This document shows positions 23,691-36,680 of a stretch of DNA of 64,000 bases, one piece after another. The translations under genes were made by a program, and so were the position numbers. Within the stretch, counting starts at the first letter, position 1. Each line of letters starts with the position of its first letter. The notes beneath the pieces were generated by a model. That model made no database searches. It saw nothing but the letters and a program-made list of their open reading frames with translations, and was not told the DNA's origin. Source of the stretch: Parasitella parasitica NRRL 2501 (taxonomy: Eukaryota > Fungi > Mucoromycota); the NCBI GenBank assembly GCA_025201805.1, contig MU619246.1:237627-301626 (forward strand), given 5' to 3'.

Positions 23691-25667
23691 TTAGACTTTT
23701 GGCTCAGAAGTTGCATTTGTATTTTGGAAAGTGTTTTGCTGTTGCTGCTGTTGTAGCTGTTGTGCGTATGAGGTCGAAAGAACATTGCTATTCCCTCCCG
23801 CTGCATTGTCCACAATTGCGCCATATCCCTTTAATCGCATTTTGATGCCTGATGATTCCGAAGAAATAGTTCGTTTTAAAGTATCAGTAGGAGATGTGCT
23901 TGCTCGAATAGATGGTATGATCGATTGAAGTCGTTTACTGGAAACTCTATCAACTTTGACCTTTTTATGGACTATAATAGTATTAGTTTCAGCGAGACAA
24001 TACTCTATTCTTTCATATACCGTCCACAAATATGTCTGTTTCATCTACAATTTCCTGGTTATATGTATCAATGAGCTTTTACGCTTTGCAATGCCAAAAA
24101 GTGTAGAAATATATGTACATACCTCACCAATTAGCCCCTCAATCACATCTTCCAAGGTAATCACACCCAAGGCGCCACCATAGCCACCTTGATTATTAGA
24201 GACGATGGCCATATGACCTAGTTTTGCAACATAAATAACCTACTTGTTTAGCACAAACGAATCAGTCCCTACTTTTGCCTTCTTGAAAAAAGTTCAAAAT
24301 GTCCAAACAGCTCATATCTGGATAGGTTTCCGGCAATGAGCTTAACTGAAAATGACGAACAGGAAGCTTTTCATCTACATTGTAGCCGATCAGGGTTTTC
24401 ACAAGAAGCATTCCAATGTAATCGTAGCTATCGTCGCATTCTTTAATAGGTATCCTCGAATATCCGATTCTGGTGATCTATCAAGCATGAACTTAGTATG
24501 GTACGTGTTGCACCGAAACGTATGATTTCTCTTAACCTTATGAACGAGTTCCTTGTCCAATATCGAGTTTAAAGATAGTGCAAATACATCCTGTATTGGC
24601 GTCATTATGCTGGCAACTGATTTCTCCCTCAAATCAAGCACCGATTTTATTATGTGCACTTCATCTTCTGTTAACCCTTCATTATCATCCTCAGATTGAT
24701 GAAGGGATACCAGTGTTTTCAAGCCTAAATATAGGGCAAGTTGGTAATTGCATGAAAATCATCTTAGCCCAACATACAGACCTGCCTTTTTATAGATCGT
24801 CCCGTGCGACTCGCCCAAAAAATATTGCAAAAGATAAGATGTTGGATAGGTTATCGGGTACATAATGTGCATGATGATCAAGACAATTCTGCGGATAGAT
24901 CAGTCAATCAGTCAAGTTGTTTGCAGTATACGTACGGTGAGCATTTTGCGCCAATAGCTAAGCCGTATCGAACACAAATAGCTGATGTACACATAATAAT
25001 CAGATGTTAGCGCAAGCTCTAATGATTTTTTTCATGTCCTAAATTACATTGAGGAATTACTCTAGAACAAGGAAGACCATATTTAGTGATTTGAAAGGGG
25101 GGTTTTTTTTTTCATCAAACCCTACTCTCCAAAGATGACAATCAGTACAGTAGAAAGCAAGACTGCCAGCCAACCACCTCCTAAAAGGGAGTCCAATACA
25201 ATAGGAAGTGTTTCATTGACAATAACGTTTGAGAGTAGCAGAGTAACCAAAACCCAATATTTTCCTCTATTCAACAGGTCAAGTACCCGTATAGCATTCT
25301 TCTTTTCTGATTCTGAGCCGGATTGCACCATGACCTGAAGATTTGTCTCATCAAGTCCCATCAAACCTAGCGTCAGCCCTATGATATATACTTTCTTAGT
25401 ACAAAAAAGTAATAAAAAAAAGATGGTTATACAAGTGGGGGGATAGCTTTTACCAGCAAAGAAACCACCCATTAAAACTAGGATAGCCACAATCAACACT
25501 CTTACCGCAGACAGTGCTGTCGATTCATTAGCATAGCCGCCATCTAGATCAATGGCATGCATTGCGGAATTCCGCAAAGGAAACGAAAATACAGGTCCCA
25601 AAAATGAAAGCAATAATGCATGGCATACTTTTAGATGTGCAGGGTTGTAAACAAAGCATGTTTTCAT
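23691..25667 (-). CDS. CNNM/Mam3-like Mg2+/metal homeostasis protein (DUF21 + CBS pair)
   Basis: [69 protein letters not shown] and [16 protein letters not shown]; multi-exon. Confidence 0.9.
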
Positions 25668-27197
25668 GGTAAAATGGAAAAAAAAAAAAGAGAAGGGAAA
25701 GTGTAAACGTTTTAAAACAAAAGTAACCGTTTTGCTGGTATGATATTTGTCTTTTTTTCATGCAAAAAATCGATTGTTAGTATTTGCATCCTCGCCACAC
25801 AAAGATGAGAAAAATAGTTCCGAAAGGCATGTTTATTAAAGAAAGGGGCGATAAGTCGCTTGTTTTTATCCTGGTTTTTAACGTGGCCAAAAATTGACGT
25901 TCCCTTTAATCTTTTTGGTTTAGTCATTCCTCCAAACCACCATCCAGGGACTGATTTTATGTCAAAGACAATACTGAAAGATCAATCTGATACTGTAATT
26001 AATATTTGGAAAAGAAGTCCAAGTAGCAGCAGTACAAGCATTTCCAATTAATTTTATAAAAATGAAATAAGACAACAATGCAACTTATCTACCATCTTTT
26101 ATAGTTGGTACAGGTTGGAGCAATAAAAGTAAAGTTTATTATTTCAAAGCTCATTGATAGCTGATTTTCCTTTTGCAGACTATAAAATACTTATTACAAA
26201 CTCTTTCTCCACGCCTTTTCCTTAAACCTAGTCTGACTTACCAAACACCTTTCATTTGGCGTAGCACTGTGTTTGTTATCGTACCAGGAATAATAAGCTT
26301 GCATATTCAAATCCAGACATAATCAAACATTTTCACCTAAAGAAAAAAAAGTGTAGAGCAAGTCTAACATATTAATGCAATTTACGCTTTTTTTTTTTAA
26401 TTTAAGCAGAGTAAAAGAGGAAGATGACAACTTCTCACTCCCAGCTGGGGACAATTGAAAGTTGCAAGATGAGAAAAGTGATAAAACAATTTTTTTTTGG
26501 TAAGCAAATGCGATGCCTCTCAAGGTCGTGTCTCATAGAGACTGTATTTGACATACATTCACTTGATAATCATAATAATTTACTTTACATAGATTCTGTA
26601 TAGTTAATTGTAATTGATATACTTCATATAATTTAATTTAATGCTGTTATTTCTGTTTTGTTGTGATTGGCGAATTGTTATTTTTAATTTCACGTTTAGG
26701 GTGTTGTCTCCAATGGTTTCAAGTAGTTTTGAATAAAGATTCGTATGAAAGATTGATATCAAAATGTGTGATTTGAATAATAAAAAATTTTGTGTATGAA
26801 TGGCCAAAGAAAGCAGCGACCCAGAGTATGTTCCTTTGATTTCGAATAGCATAAGGTTGGATTTTTGATTTAGACCTTTTTGGCAATGCGATTGATAAAA
26901 AAGTGGCGGGAGAATTTCTCTGATTGGTCGGAATATACGTTTACTGTACGAGTACAGGATGACCAAAAAGTCGATCTTTTCGAATCCAATTCCTTAGAGT
27001 AGTAGGCGTAAATACAATACTGTACTCTGATAACCTTTTACTTTTTGTAGTTGTTTCTTGCATGTCAGTGTCTTTCGGTTCTTCCTCGACTATCTTTTTT
27101 TTTTTTTATTTTTGATATATTTTATGCAGGTTTGTCAATCTTGTCGGTCTGAATGACAGGTTTACAACAAAAAGCAGCTGCTTCATTGCCAGACTTG

Positions 27198-27418
27198 TCC
27201 ACTATTTCACCTCTACCGTCTTTTCAAAAGAAATTCATTTGAAAAATTTGGAGAATAAAAAGTCAAAAAGCTGGTCAACTCAAATATTACAATTTGGTCA
27301 ATCTATTTCAAGAAATTGGTTAAATTAGCTTCAAACAGATGGTCAAATTAATTTCAAATTTTTGGGCAATTTAATCTCACTCAAATGTCCAAAATAATTC
27401 GAAGATTGAAGTAGTGGA
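27198..27418. mobile_element. Putative 221-bp non-autonomous TIR element (CACTA-like ends) filled with a ~23-bp tandem repeat
   Basis: TCCACTATTTCA (27198-27209) versus TGAAGTAGTGGA (27407-27418) is an 11/12 inverted match. TGGTCAA-like motif recurs at 27249, 27272, 27295, 27317, 27340, 27363 and 27386. Confidence 0.45.
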
Positions 27419-27490
27419 TGTGTGTATAAAATTTACGGTATTTTTTTCCCAAACAATATTTATATATCATGCTATGAACAATTTACACGT

Positions 27491-29047
27491 CTAATTGTGG
27501 TTATTTTCCTCTAAATCTGAAATAGCCGGTGGAGGTTTAGAGAATAACGAGCGTGCAGATGTTGCAGCTGGTTGCTGTGCCGGCTGCATTTGCTGGGAAA
27601 GCGAGCTGGGTAGTTGGGTTGGCAGTGAGCCGCCATAAGATTTATATAAAGCGGAAACCAAGTCTGCAGGACTTTGATAATTTTGTTGTTGAGGCAAAGA
27701 AGCGTGCTGTTGCTGTTGAATAGCAGGTGGATAATACGCAGGAACAGCTGGAGGAGGAGGAGGAGGGGCAGCAGATGATGAGGTACCTACAAAATCATCC
27801 ATCAGATCAGCATAACTTTGTTGTTGACGACGGGGAGGAAGGGCTTGCTGTTCATAAGCAGCTAATGCCGAATCGAAATCGTGAGGAAGGTCCCTTGCTT
27901 GTTGTCTGCGCTGCTGTGGTCTTTGACGAGGGTGCTGATGATGTTGTGGCATATCTTCATTTTGTGTTCCTTTCTTTTTCCTACATGTATGATAGTATCA
28001 GCCAACAAATACTGCACAGGCAAAAATAACCTTACATTTTCTTTTCTCTATTCTTTTTCTTCTTGTGTTCCATTTCCTTCTCATCATCCGAAAATTCCAT
28101 TTCCTAAATTTACCATCATGTCAGAAAAAGAAGCTTGTTCATACGAAAATAAAGGCTTACGTCTTCGCCAACTTCTTCATCGTACACGTTACTTGCATCT
28201 GTGCCCTTCATCCTCCTTAGCTTCTCGGTCTCTACAATCTGGGTCTTTTGATAACTTGGGACAAAATACACTTCCTGGCCAATCTTTGCTGACTCCTTGT
28301 TAATTTCTTGGGCATCATTGAACCTGACTGAGTAATAAGGGCGAGCAACCGGCCCAAATGTCTCAAAGACTTCACCCATCACCTGTCTATTTCCATACAC
28401 CAGTAACGAGCCCTGGTCCAGCGTACTCTGCTCGCTATTTGGTTTGCTGTGGATGACAATCACACTATCAATGATTTGGAAGATGGAACCAGCCAACATA
28501 ATCTCGGTTTCAGCATTGACCTCGAACTGAGGCTTCTCCACAACAAAGTCGACAATTTCATGAGCTGTCTTTACGATGCCATCGGGATAATGCTCGTCGT
28601 CTTCATCATCTACTGCCTTTTTGTTTGCCGTTCTCATGGCACTGTTTTTATCATCTTCCTCTTCGCTACTGGATTCGCTGCTGCTGCTGCTGCTGCTGCT
28701 ACTGTCATCATCATCATCGCTCGATAAGTCAATGTCACTACTTTCATAGCCTGTATCAGCTTTCCCAGCAATAGCTTTATCAAGGGTATCATCCACTTGC
28801 ATCTAAGAGAATTGATTCAGTACATTTTGCTTTGGGGCCTCGGTCAAATATAACTTCTTACGGGTTCAGATGTGTTTGGTTCAGTGGTAAGTTCTGCAGC
28901 CTTTGTAGGATCAACCGTCTTGGAAGGCTCAGCTGTCTCTGCCTTTACAGCAAGCTCCCCCTTCTCCTCCTTGGCAACAGGAGCTGGAGGAACATTTTGA
29001 GCAGCAAACTCAGATACTACTGCGAGATCGTTTGGGATGTTATTCAT
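27491..29047 (-). CDS. NAF1: H/ACA RNP assembly factor Naf1
   Basis: Acidic/Ser tract, then Gar1/Naf1 domain (GEVFETFGPVARPYYSVRF), KGTDASNVYDEEV...EFSDDEKE and a Pro/Gln-rich tail; 4 exons. Confidence 0.92.
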
Positions 29048-29526
29048 GTGGATTTTCTGAAAAGGTATTTTTGATTGAAATGTCTCGAAAATCTTTTAAC
29101 AGGGTAAAACAAGTCACTGGTAAGAAGCGAGCATTAATGCATGAACCAAAAAGCCAAACACCATCAATCATGAATGCCTCCCTGCAAGTAAGTTTTTTTT
29201 TTTTTTTTTTTTTTTTCTGCTGAGCCAATGCTGGCCAAGAAAACCATTTGATCACGACTTATACATTTGACCTTGTTGTACATGAGCGCATAGAAAATTG
29301 AACAAGTCGCAAAATAGTAGAAACAAAGGGACAAGAATGCTCGGGCAGGTGGTTCTTCCGATGGAAACAATGACGGAGTTGATGAATGGCAGGCTAGTGT
29401 GGTATGATGATGATGGCAGAATAGTAGACAAGTATATTTTGGGGTTTCATTTTTTTTTTTTTTTCTCTCTCTCTCTCTTTTCTTCTTCTTCTAATCAACG
29501 TTCAAATACCAAGAGACTAAAATAAA

Positions 29527-31183
29527 ATGAGCTGGAAGGTAGCCGTCAACGGGAGGTCGCACCGAGAAACGATTACAATGGCTGACATTATTTTTCATCA
29601 GGGTCTACAAAAAGCTGTCAATAGATTGCCATACCAACTGCTGTCCAAAAAGAGCGAAGGTGAGTTGCGCAATTCTATCGTATCAGTGAGAGGGGGTGGG
29701 GGGTGCGGTGCAATAAAGCTGAATGCTCGAAATAGCCACCAAGGATGCCGAGTTTATGCAATTAGAAAAGGTGTTTAATGAGTTTACCAAGCTTGTTGAC
29801 GTACTTGCCAAGGACGCTGGGATATTTCGAGATAGTATTGCAGGTAAATGCGTCCAACCAATTTTCACACAGAAACAAAAAAATGTAACCAATTTTCCCT
29901 CCAATTTTAGCCCTCTTATCTAATCAAGCCAACATGACACAATACTTGGCTGTTATTTATGACGCAGCATTGGGAACAGAGGCAACAGAAGGAATGGTTC
30001 AGAAACGATTTCAGCAGACAGCAGCTAGTCAATTGCAGGCTGTCAATGACGCAGAGGCTGCAATGGCTTATTGTCGAGACGAGGTATTACCAGAATTGGA
30101 CGTGGTTGACCGAGATATTGTCCGGCCACTTTTGGAGCTGGCTGAAGTCATCAAGACAATCGGCAAGACAATGGTGAAACGTAATCACAAATTGATCGAT
30201 TTCGATAGACACCGTATTGCTCTGCAAAAGCTGAGTGGCAAAGCGGAAAGAAGCTTTAGCGAGGAAAAGCAAATTTTCAAGGTATGCTACAAAAAGTATT
30301 CGTGTGTTGAATGTGTTTTTTCCCCCTCATCACACACATGAACAATGTACAATGTAGGTTCAATCGCAACTGGATACCGCAACACAAGACTACAATTACT
30401 TGAACGACATGTTGAAGTCTGAATTACCTCGTTTCTTCCAGCTCAAGTCTAGCTTTATCCAGCCCATCTTTGAAAACCTATTCAACATGCAAGCTCGCAT
30501 TTATGGTATGATCTACGCTCGTTGTTTCGAACTATTGAATCAAAACATGGAAGCCTTTGTTACCAATACAATGGGGATTGAGGAAGGCTACAATTACCGC
30601 AAATCACAGCGCGATGTCCGTGCCGAATTTGAAAACTTGGATCTGCTGAAATCTGGTGGAAAAGCTTGGTTATCTGTCTCTGGAGGCGCCAATAGCAGCA
30701 AGTTGACGTTACAAGAACGAGCAGCTCTCAAGGCAGCAGAAGCAAATGGCGGTGGAGTAAGCCCTAACATGGGCAATGCTAACACTTATGATCCTTACTA
30801 TAATCAAAGTGCTCCCGCTGCTCCTCCCGCTTATGGCCAAACTGGCGTGACACTCGAATCATCACCTATGAGATATGAAAAGCAACAAACACAACCTGCT
30901 TTTCAACATCCCGTGGCGCCAGTACAACAACAACAACAACAACAACAAAAGTTTGTCGTGGCATTGTATGATTACACTGCCCAAGCTGATGGTGATTTGA
31001 GTTTTAAGAAAGATGATAGAATTGAAATTATCGAAAAGACAAATGACACCAATGACTGGTGGACAGGAAGACTAAATGGCATCACTGGTGTGTTCCCAGG
31101 TAAGAATCAACAGTGAGCATGTGTAAGATTTCGCAGTTTTGCTCACAAGAAAGTATATAGGCAACTATGTCCAAGAGTTTTAA
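29527..31183 (+). CDS. RVS167: Amphiphysin-like BAR + SH3 protein
   Basis: MSWKGLQKAVNRLP N-terminus, BAR helices (KRNHKLIDFDRHR) and SH3 (ALYDYTAQADGDLSFKKDDRIE...WWTG...GVFPGNYV). Confidence 0.9.
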
Positions 31184-32237
31184 GTACAAAGAATACACAC
31201 TGTATAGCATGTAAAATATAATAAAATGAGGTATATCTACTTCTTCATAAACCAAAGCTTGTCCATGATCAGATAGGGAACTCATTCTGCTGCGCATTTT
31301 GCTTCAATTGCTAGGCAAATTCTTGGCAATACATGGTATTTTGCATTTAGAGAAAAAAGTGAAAAAAAAAATAATAATAATATATATTTAATTCCACACC
31401 TCACACAAGTTTATTTCAACAGTATGAAGCTAATATGAATAAGTATGGCTTTAAATTCCATACCATCCAAACCAAATATCTATCTTTCCTTATAACTCTC
31501 TATGCTGCAAGATTTGAATTTTGCGAGCATAATAAAATTTTGGGGGTGAGGGAGAAGGAGGGGGGGGGGGAAAAAGATGGTACATTTTGGACGGCGTTTC
31601 AAGTGTGTATATTACCACAAAAGGCAATATGTACCCCTGAATCATATTTACTCAACGTGTTTCATTTTACAGTTCCGACATGCTCCTCTTTGTGATCTGG
31701 GTGATTCCTGGTTCCTACTTTTTAAAAAAACCTCCCAAGGATTTGCTTTATATGCTAGATGCAGCATCAAAGAAACGTGGATGCCACGCATCGGTAACCA
31801 GGCATGCTACTAAGGGTCTCGAATCTGGTTACTGCATTTTCGAGATGATTTTGTAGTGGAACAAACAAGCTCTCGGATACTTACCCAAATAGCTTATACC
31901 GAACTACGTGTCAGCAACAATAATGATTGTTGTATATATATAAATAATTTATTTGCAAAATAAAAAATAGATAAAAACAAAGATGTTTGTGATAGATTCA
32001 AAATAGGAGGGAGAACATAAAAAAAGAGTTACATAAATCGTTTTGGGAATGAGGGGGGGGGGAGAAGAGAGGGAGGATTTGCGATTTTTCGAAAGGCGTG
32101 GGCAATAAAAGAAGGGCATAAACGTGAGATATAAGGTTTTTTTTTTGTTAAAAAATGGGTATAGGAGAGCTTGAGAATAATGGATGAGAGAGAGAGAGAG
32201 AGAAAAAAAAAATCAGGTGAAATCATATACACATAGT

Positions 32238-34007
32238 TTATCTTGCTCTTCCTAGCATGGAGGTAAAACATGATTAATGAATCTTGCAAGTTCAACAGAG
32301 TTCGAGCATTTCAATAATTTGCTCTGAACATGAGCATCAATTTCCTGTAAAAGAGATATGCGTTAGTCGCCTTACATTAAATTTCTTGTATTGTATGACA
32401 AACTTACGGAGAGGACATCCTTTGCTGTAGGTCTTGTTTGTGGTACTTCATCTAATAACCAAGCAACCAAACCTCGCATGTACATAGTAGGATAGCTATA
32501 GGTGAATGTCGGGCTAGGTTCAGTTAGAACAGTAGAGAACAATTCCATTTCATCTTTGATGAGATAATGAGGAGGAACACGATCCATCATTTCAATCACG
32601 GTGATACCAAGTGACCACATGTCAATCTTTTCATTATAATATTGCTCTCGAATTACTTCGGGTGCCATCCACTTGCTTGTACCCAGTCGGTCACGATTAC
32701 GTCTGGTTGTACGAGTAGCCAGACCAAAATCAGCTATACGGGTGGGTAGAGGAGAATTAGTTGGTTTTGTGTGCATACAAAAGCTGCTGGAGATATTTAC
32801 CCAACTTGACTTCACCGTTCCAGCCCAACAGCAAGTTTTCGCATTTGATATCGCGGTGAATAAAGCCCTTGTTGTGCAAGTAATGAAGAGCCTTCAGAGT
32901 TTCACAAGCAATGTGGATGGTATGTTCTTCAGGAATACCTCGTTGGCAAAGAATAGCAAAGACTGAGCAGCGCATCAAATCCATGGCCATCCAAATATCA
33001 TCACGCCACAATGTCACTTCGCGAAGGCGAATCAAATTAGTGTGACCAGAAGCCATGATGCGAAGTTCTCTTACGAGAGCTGCTTTATATTCACGATCGG
33101 GGTCTAAGCGGCATCTCTTAATGGCCAAATGAAGATTCTTCTTGTACTTGTGCGTAGCACGTACGACGGAGCCATTAACACTACAAACAAAAAAAAAAAA
33201 AATTAAAAATAAGCCAACAAGAATCAGAGGGAAATGCCAATGAGTCACATTACCCTGTACCGACTTCCTTGAATCCAGCGTATTTGTTGCGAGGATCTAA
33301 TGTCGAGACAGAAATCTTCTTTTGGTGAGACAAGGCCTTGCGAATTCTGCGTTCAAATTCGTTTTCAGAGCGCACAAGAGGAGGCAATTGAGGAATTTCG
33401 GTAGTAGGGCCTACAGGATACCAACGTCTCTTTTCAAATTTGTTGGTGGATGGGTATTCACGTAAGCTGAATGTATTTTCCTTGTAAGGCTCAGGTTTGA
33501 GAAAGCAATCAGGACCAAATACATTTGGGATTTCGTAGAAACCAGGAGGACGCCAGATTTCCTACGTGGTGGCTTTTTGTTTAATCATTGCGCACGTACT
33601 ATTTTTTTTTTTTTTTTTTTTTNNNNNNNNNNCTGTGGGTTAATTACCTTGGTTACGGTGGTGGTGGTATTATTCGAAGTCGAGCTATAATACGATGGCT
33701 GACGGATACAACCAGTGGATCTACGTTTCAGTGTCATATCAACCATCAAATTGGTTTTTTCAGTCGTGAGCGATCTTGATTTACGCAGTTGCTTTTGATT
33801 AGTTGGGAGTGAGCTTCTCTTATCAAAAACCTATCCATGTTTGTGAGTAAAATTTTTCTCAGTGTGTGAAATTTTTTTTTTTTCCTTTCTTCTTACATTG
33901 CTGTTTCTTTCTTGGTCTTTTGCAGCTGCAAGAATATGCTTACCAAATTTTTGGTAGTTTGCGGACGTCAAAGCATTGGTGTTGGTATTATTAGTGATGT
34001 GAATCAT
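32238..34007 (-). CDS. STE20/PAK-like Ser/Thr kinase without a visible CRIB domain
   Basis: DPRNKY...EVGTGVNG, AIK, HRDIKCENLLL, DFG, GTSKWMAPEV and DMWSLGITVIEM; multi-exon, with an N gap in one intron. Confidence 0.88.
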
Positions 34008-35238
34008 TTTCTTGTTTAAATAGTCTATAGGATGTGTTTGTGTCTGTTATGTGAATTAAGTAAAAATGTTCCTGATTTTTAAATCATGCAATTAGGGCGT
34101 GAGTTCTAATGTGCTTTTCTTCTTGTGCAATGTAGATAAAGGGAAAAAGAAAGGCAAAAAAAAATTATATATAAAAAAAAAAAGAAGGACAGAAAAGAAA
34201 GGAAGAAAAAGCAATAACGAGACGACTCCCCCATTTTATAATTTTCTTGTGCTCAAACACAAATACCAGATGGCAACCACATGCCGTTTGCCTTCTGAGT
34301 TTTTTTTTTTTTTTTTTTTACCACACATTTGAGAAGTAATAGTTGTTTAGTCCAATAAAACTAACACCTTGACCAATAGAAAGTCTCTTTCTATTTATCG
34401 ATTTGATTGTTAGTGTTTGCTATTAATTTTAATGATTTTTGGAAAATGTTTATATTACTTGACTCAATCCTCAACAACAATGCCTTAATCCTAAACAACG
34501 CCGTTCTGATGGGATGTTTGCGCCGATGGATCTATTTTCCATTTCGCATATACGACAAATTCATTTAATTTAACTCAGTGGTATTTTAATTGTAGCTCCC
34601 CCCCTCGGTTTGATCCATGTCAAAAGCCCGTGTAAGGAAAAACTGATATAACAAGCACGGGTGCTGGTCGCCCAAAAAAGGGGCTCCACGTTTTCTTGAA
34701 CTTTGTGCTAAAAAGTAAAGAAAATTGTATATAAAATTACGACATGAACAATGACAATAAAAGAACCAGAGAATTTGACATTAAAAAGACGGTTTTTTCC
34801 TGCAACAGGTATTGCAATTACGACTGGTAAACAAAACGGGCGGCAGATGCTGTCAATAAACTTGTGTGATTATGATGACTCCATGCAAAGCTTGCAAACT
34901 AGAGATGCTATCCACATTTGGCATGATTTTTTCCTTAGAGCCGTGTTGATTCTTATTGACGGCAATGCATATATACATTGTCATGATCTCCCATGACAGG
35001 CTGCCTATGGTACAAGTTTCTTTTTCAATTGACAGTTATCCGACGAAATTGTTTCTTTGGCTAGGAGAGCACGATTCTTTTTTTTTTTCAAGCTTTTCTT
35101 GTGATCAAACATGTACGGTGCATTTCGAGATTTCCTACGCACAAAACCAAAGAAACTCCAAGGATACTGAAACAAGTCTGCACATGAAAAAAAAAAAAAA
35201 AAGCTGCACAAGCAAGGAAGCACCTTTATTTATACGCA

Positions 35239-35487
35239 CTAAATATCATTTAAATCTCTTTTAATACTTCTTGGAGAATGTTGGTGCTGAGTAGCATGGC
35301 CAAAGCCAGTGTGATGGCCTTGGTTCTGGTTCTTTTGCTCTTGTTGATGTTTGCTTTCGGATGGCTTTTGACTCGACGTAGCTCTTTTGTCTTGATTGTC
35401 CTGCAGCGACGATTTTGGGTCTTCAGACCAGGGGATGTCCACGGTGCCGTGGCCAGTAGAAGGAGCAGAGTTTTGAGAGGTGTTCAT
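35239..35487 (-). CDS. Small hydrophilic (Q/S/H-rich) protein, 82 aa
   Basis: Intronless ORF with A-rich start context (aacaaacaATG) and TATAAA ~55 bp upstream; hydrophilin-like composition. Confidence 0.55.
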   Translation of the reverse strand: MNTSQNSAPSTGHGTVDIPWSEDPKSSLQDNQDKRATSSQKPSESKHQQEQKNQNQGHHTGFGHATQHQHSPRSIKRDLNDI

Positions 35488-35588
35488 TGTTTGTTGTTTT
35501 TTTTATTGAGAAACAAAAAGAAGAAAAAAAAGGATGTTTGGGTTTATATGTTGTATGCTACAGTAGTAATTTGCTAGGTTTTTGCCCT

Positions 35589-36454
35589 CTAAATTAACTT
35601 TACTTTTTTCTCTTTCAAATGGACCTGTACGTCACTATAACGTAATATGTAAATGTCATTAGGCTCGAAAAGGACGCTGTCGTTATTGATCTCAACATGG
35701 CCAGTATGGCTCAGAACACGACAAAAGACGGGTGCGTCTAGATTGGGCTCCACAACCATGTTCATGTCGGCTGTCACCTCATCCTGCTTGTGCTGCGACC
35801 TGGGCAATTGATGCAAGAATGAATCGTGGTTGTGGCTCTCGATCAGCTCTTGGTACCGCCTCGCATATCCTATCTCCTGCGACGACAAAAGCTCTTTCAA
35901 GTCGGGTTGGCGGAGCAAATACAGAGTGTACTTTTCAATCTAGCCAAAACGTTAGAGCTGGCATCTGCTGTCTCCCGCGACCCTCCTTTCTTACTTTCCA
36001 TAATCGACATCTCAGATAGCTCTTTAGCAGATACTTGATTCGCTCGATTTCCGTTTGATAAAGCATGCTCTCGAATGTGCTCTCTGCTTGCGATTCCATT
36101 TTTTCCATGATGTTCTCAGCCTGCGCCATGTTAGTGCCCTGGCCATGTTTGGGATCATGGCTCGATACAAACCTGTGTTTCAATGGCTAAAATCAGAGGC
36201 TCGACCAGCGAATGCTCATAAGGCAGTATTTCAGGCGCATTGCGCTCGTCCATCCATATTTTGGCGAGTGCGTCGATCGTGCCTCCCATGGCACGACCAA
36301 TGATACCATCGCCCCCAAAGAACGATTCGTCAAATGGTGTCTGTGTGTCTGCAAAGCTGGAGTCTTCCTGCTCGTTGGCGGCATCTCTTGCAAACGAAGG
36401 GAGCGAGGAATAGAGGAAGCTCTCGGGCTCTTCTGGCTGTGTTTGCGAGTCCAT
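35589..36454 (-). CDS. SLD5: GINS complex subunit Sld5
   Basis: WMDERNAPEILPYE, YQTEIERIKYLLKSYLRCRLWKIEKY, PNLDAPVFCRV and IYILRY; 3 exons. Confidence 0.93.
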
Positions 36455-36680
36455 GGCTTGCGTTGGGTTGCTGAAAAGAAAGGCTTGTGAAGGACGTGTA
36501 ATTAATTTTTTGGATCCCCACTTTTTCTTCTTTGGTAGCCCATCATCTTGGTGCACTTCAAGCACGCGAATCCACTCTTCATCATTGTGCAAACATAAAC
36601 AAATATAAGGTTTTTTTTATTTATTTTTATTTCTACAAGTCCTATAAAAAAGAGACATAATGGCAGTACAATGCTGCTGC

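Noticed and set aside
27249-27408. CRISPR-like periodic array
   Set aside because: Eukaryotic context, 23-bp degenerate tandem units, no unique spacers and no cas genes.
36564-36570. MCB/SCB-like ACGCGAA upstream of SLD5
   Set aside because: Plausible, but a single short match cannot be distinguished from chance.
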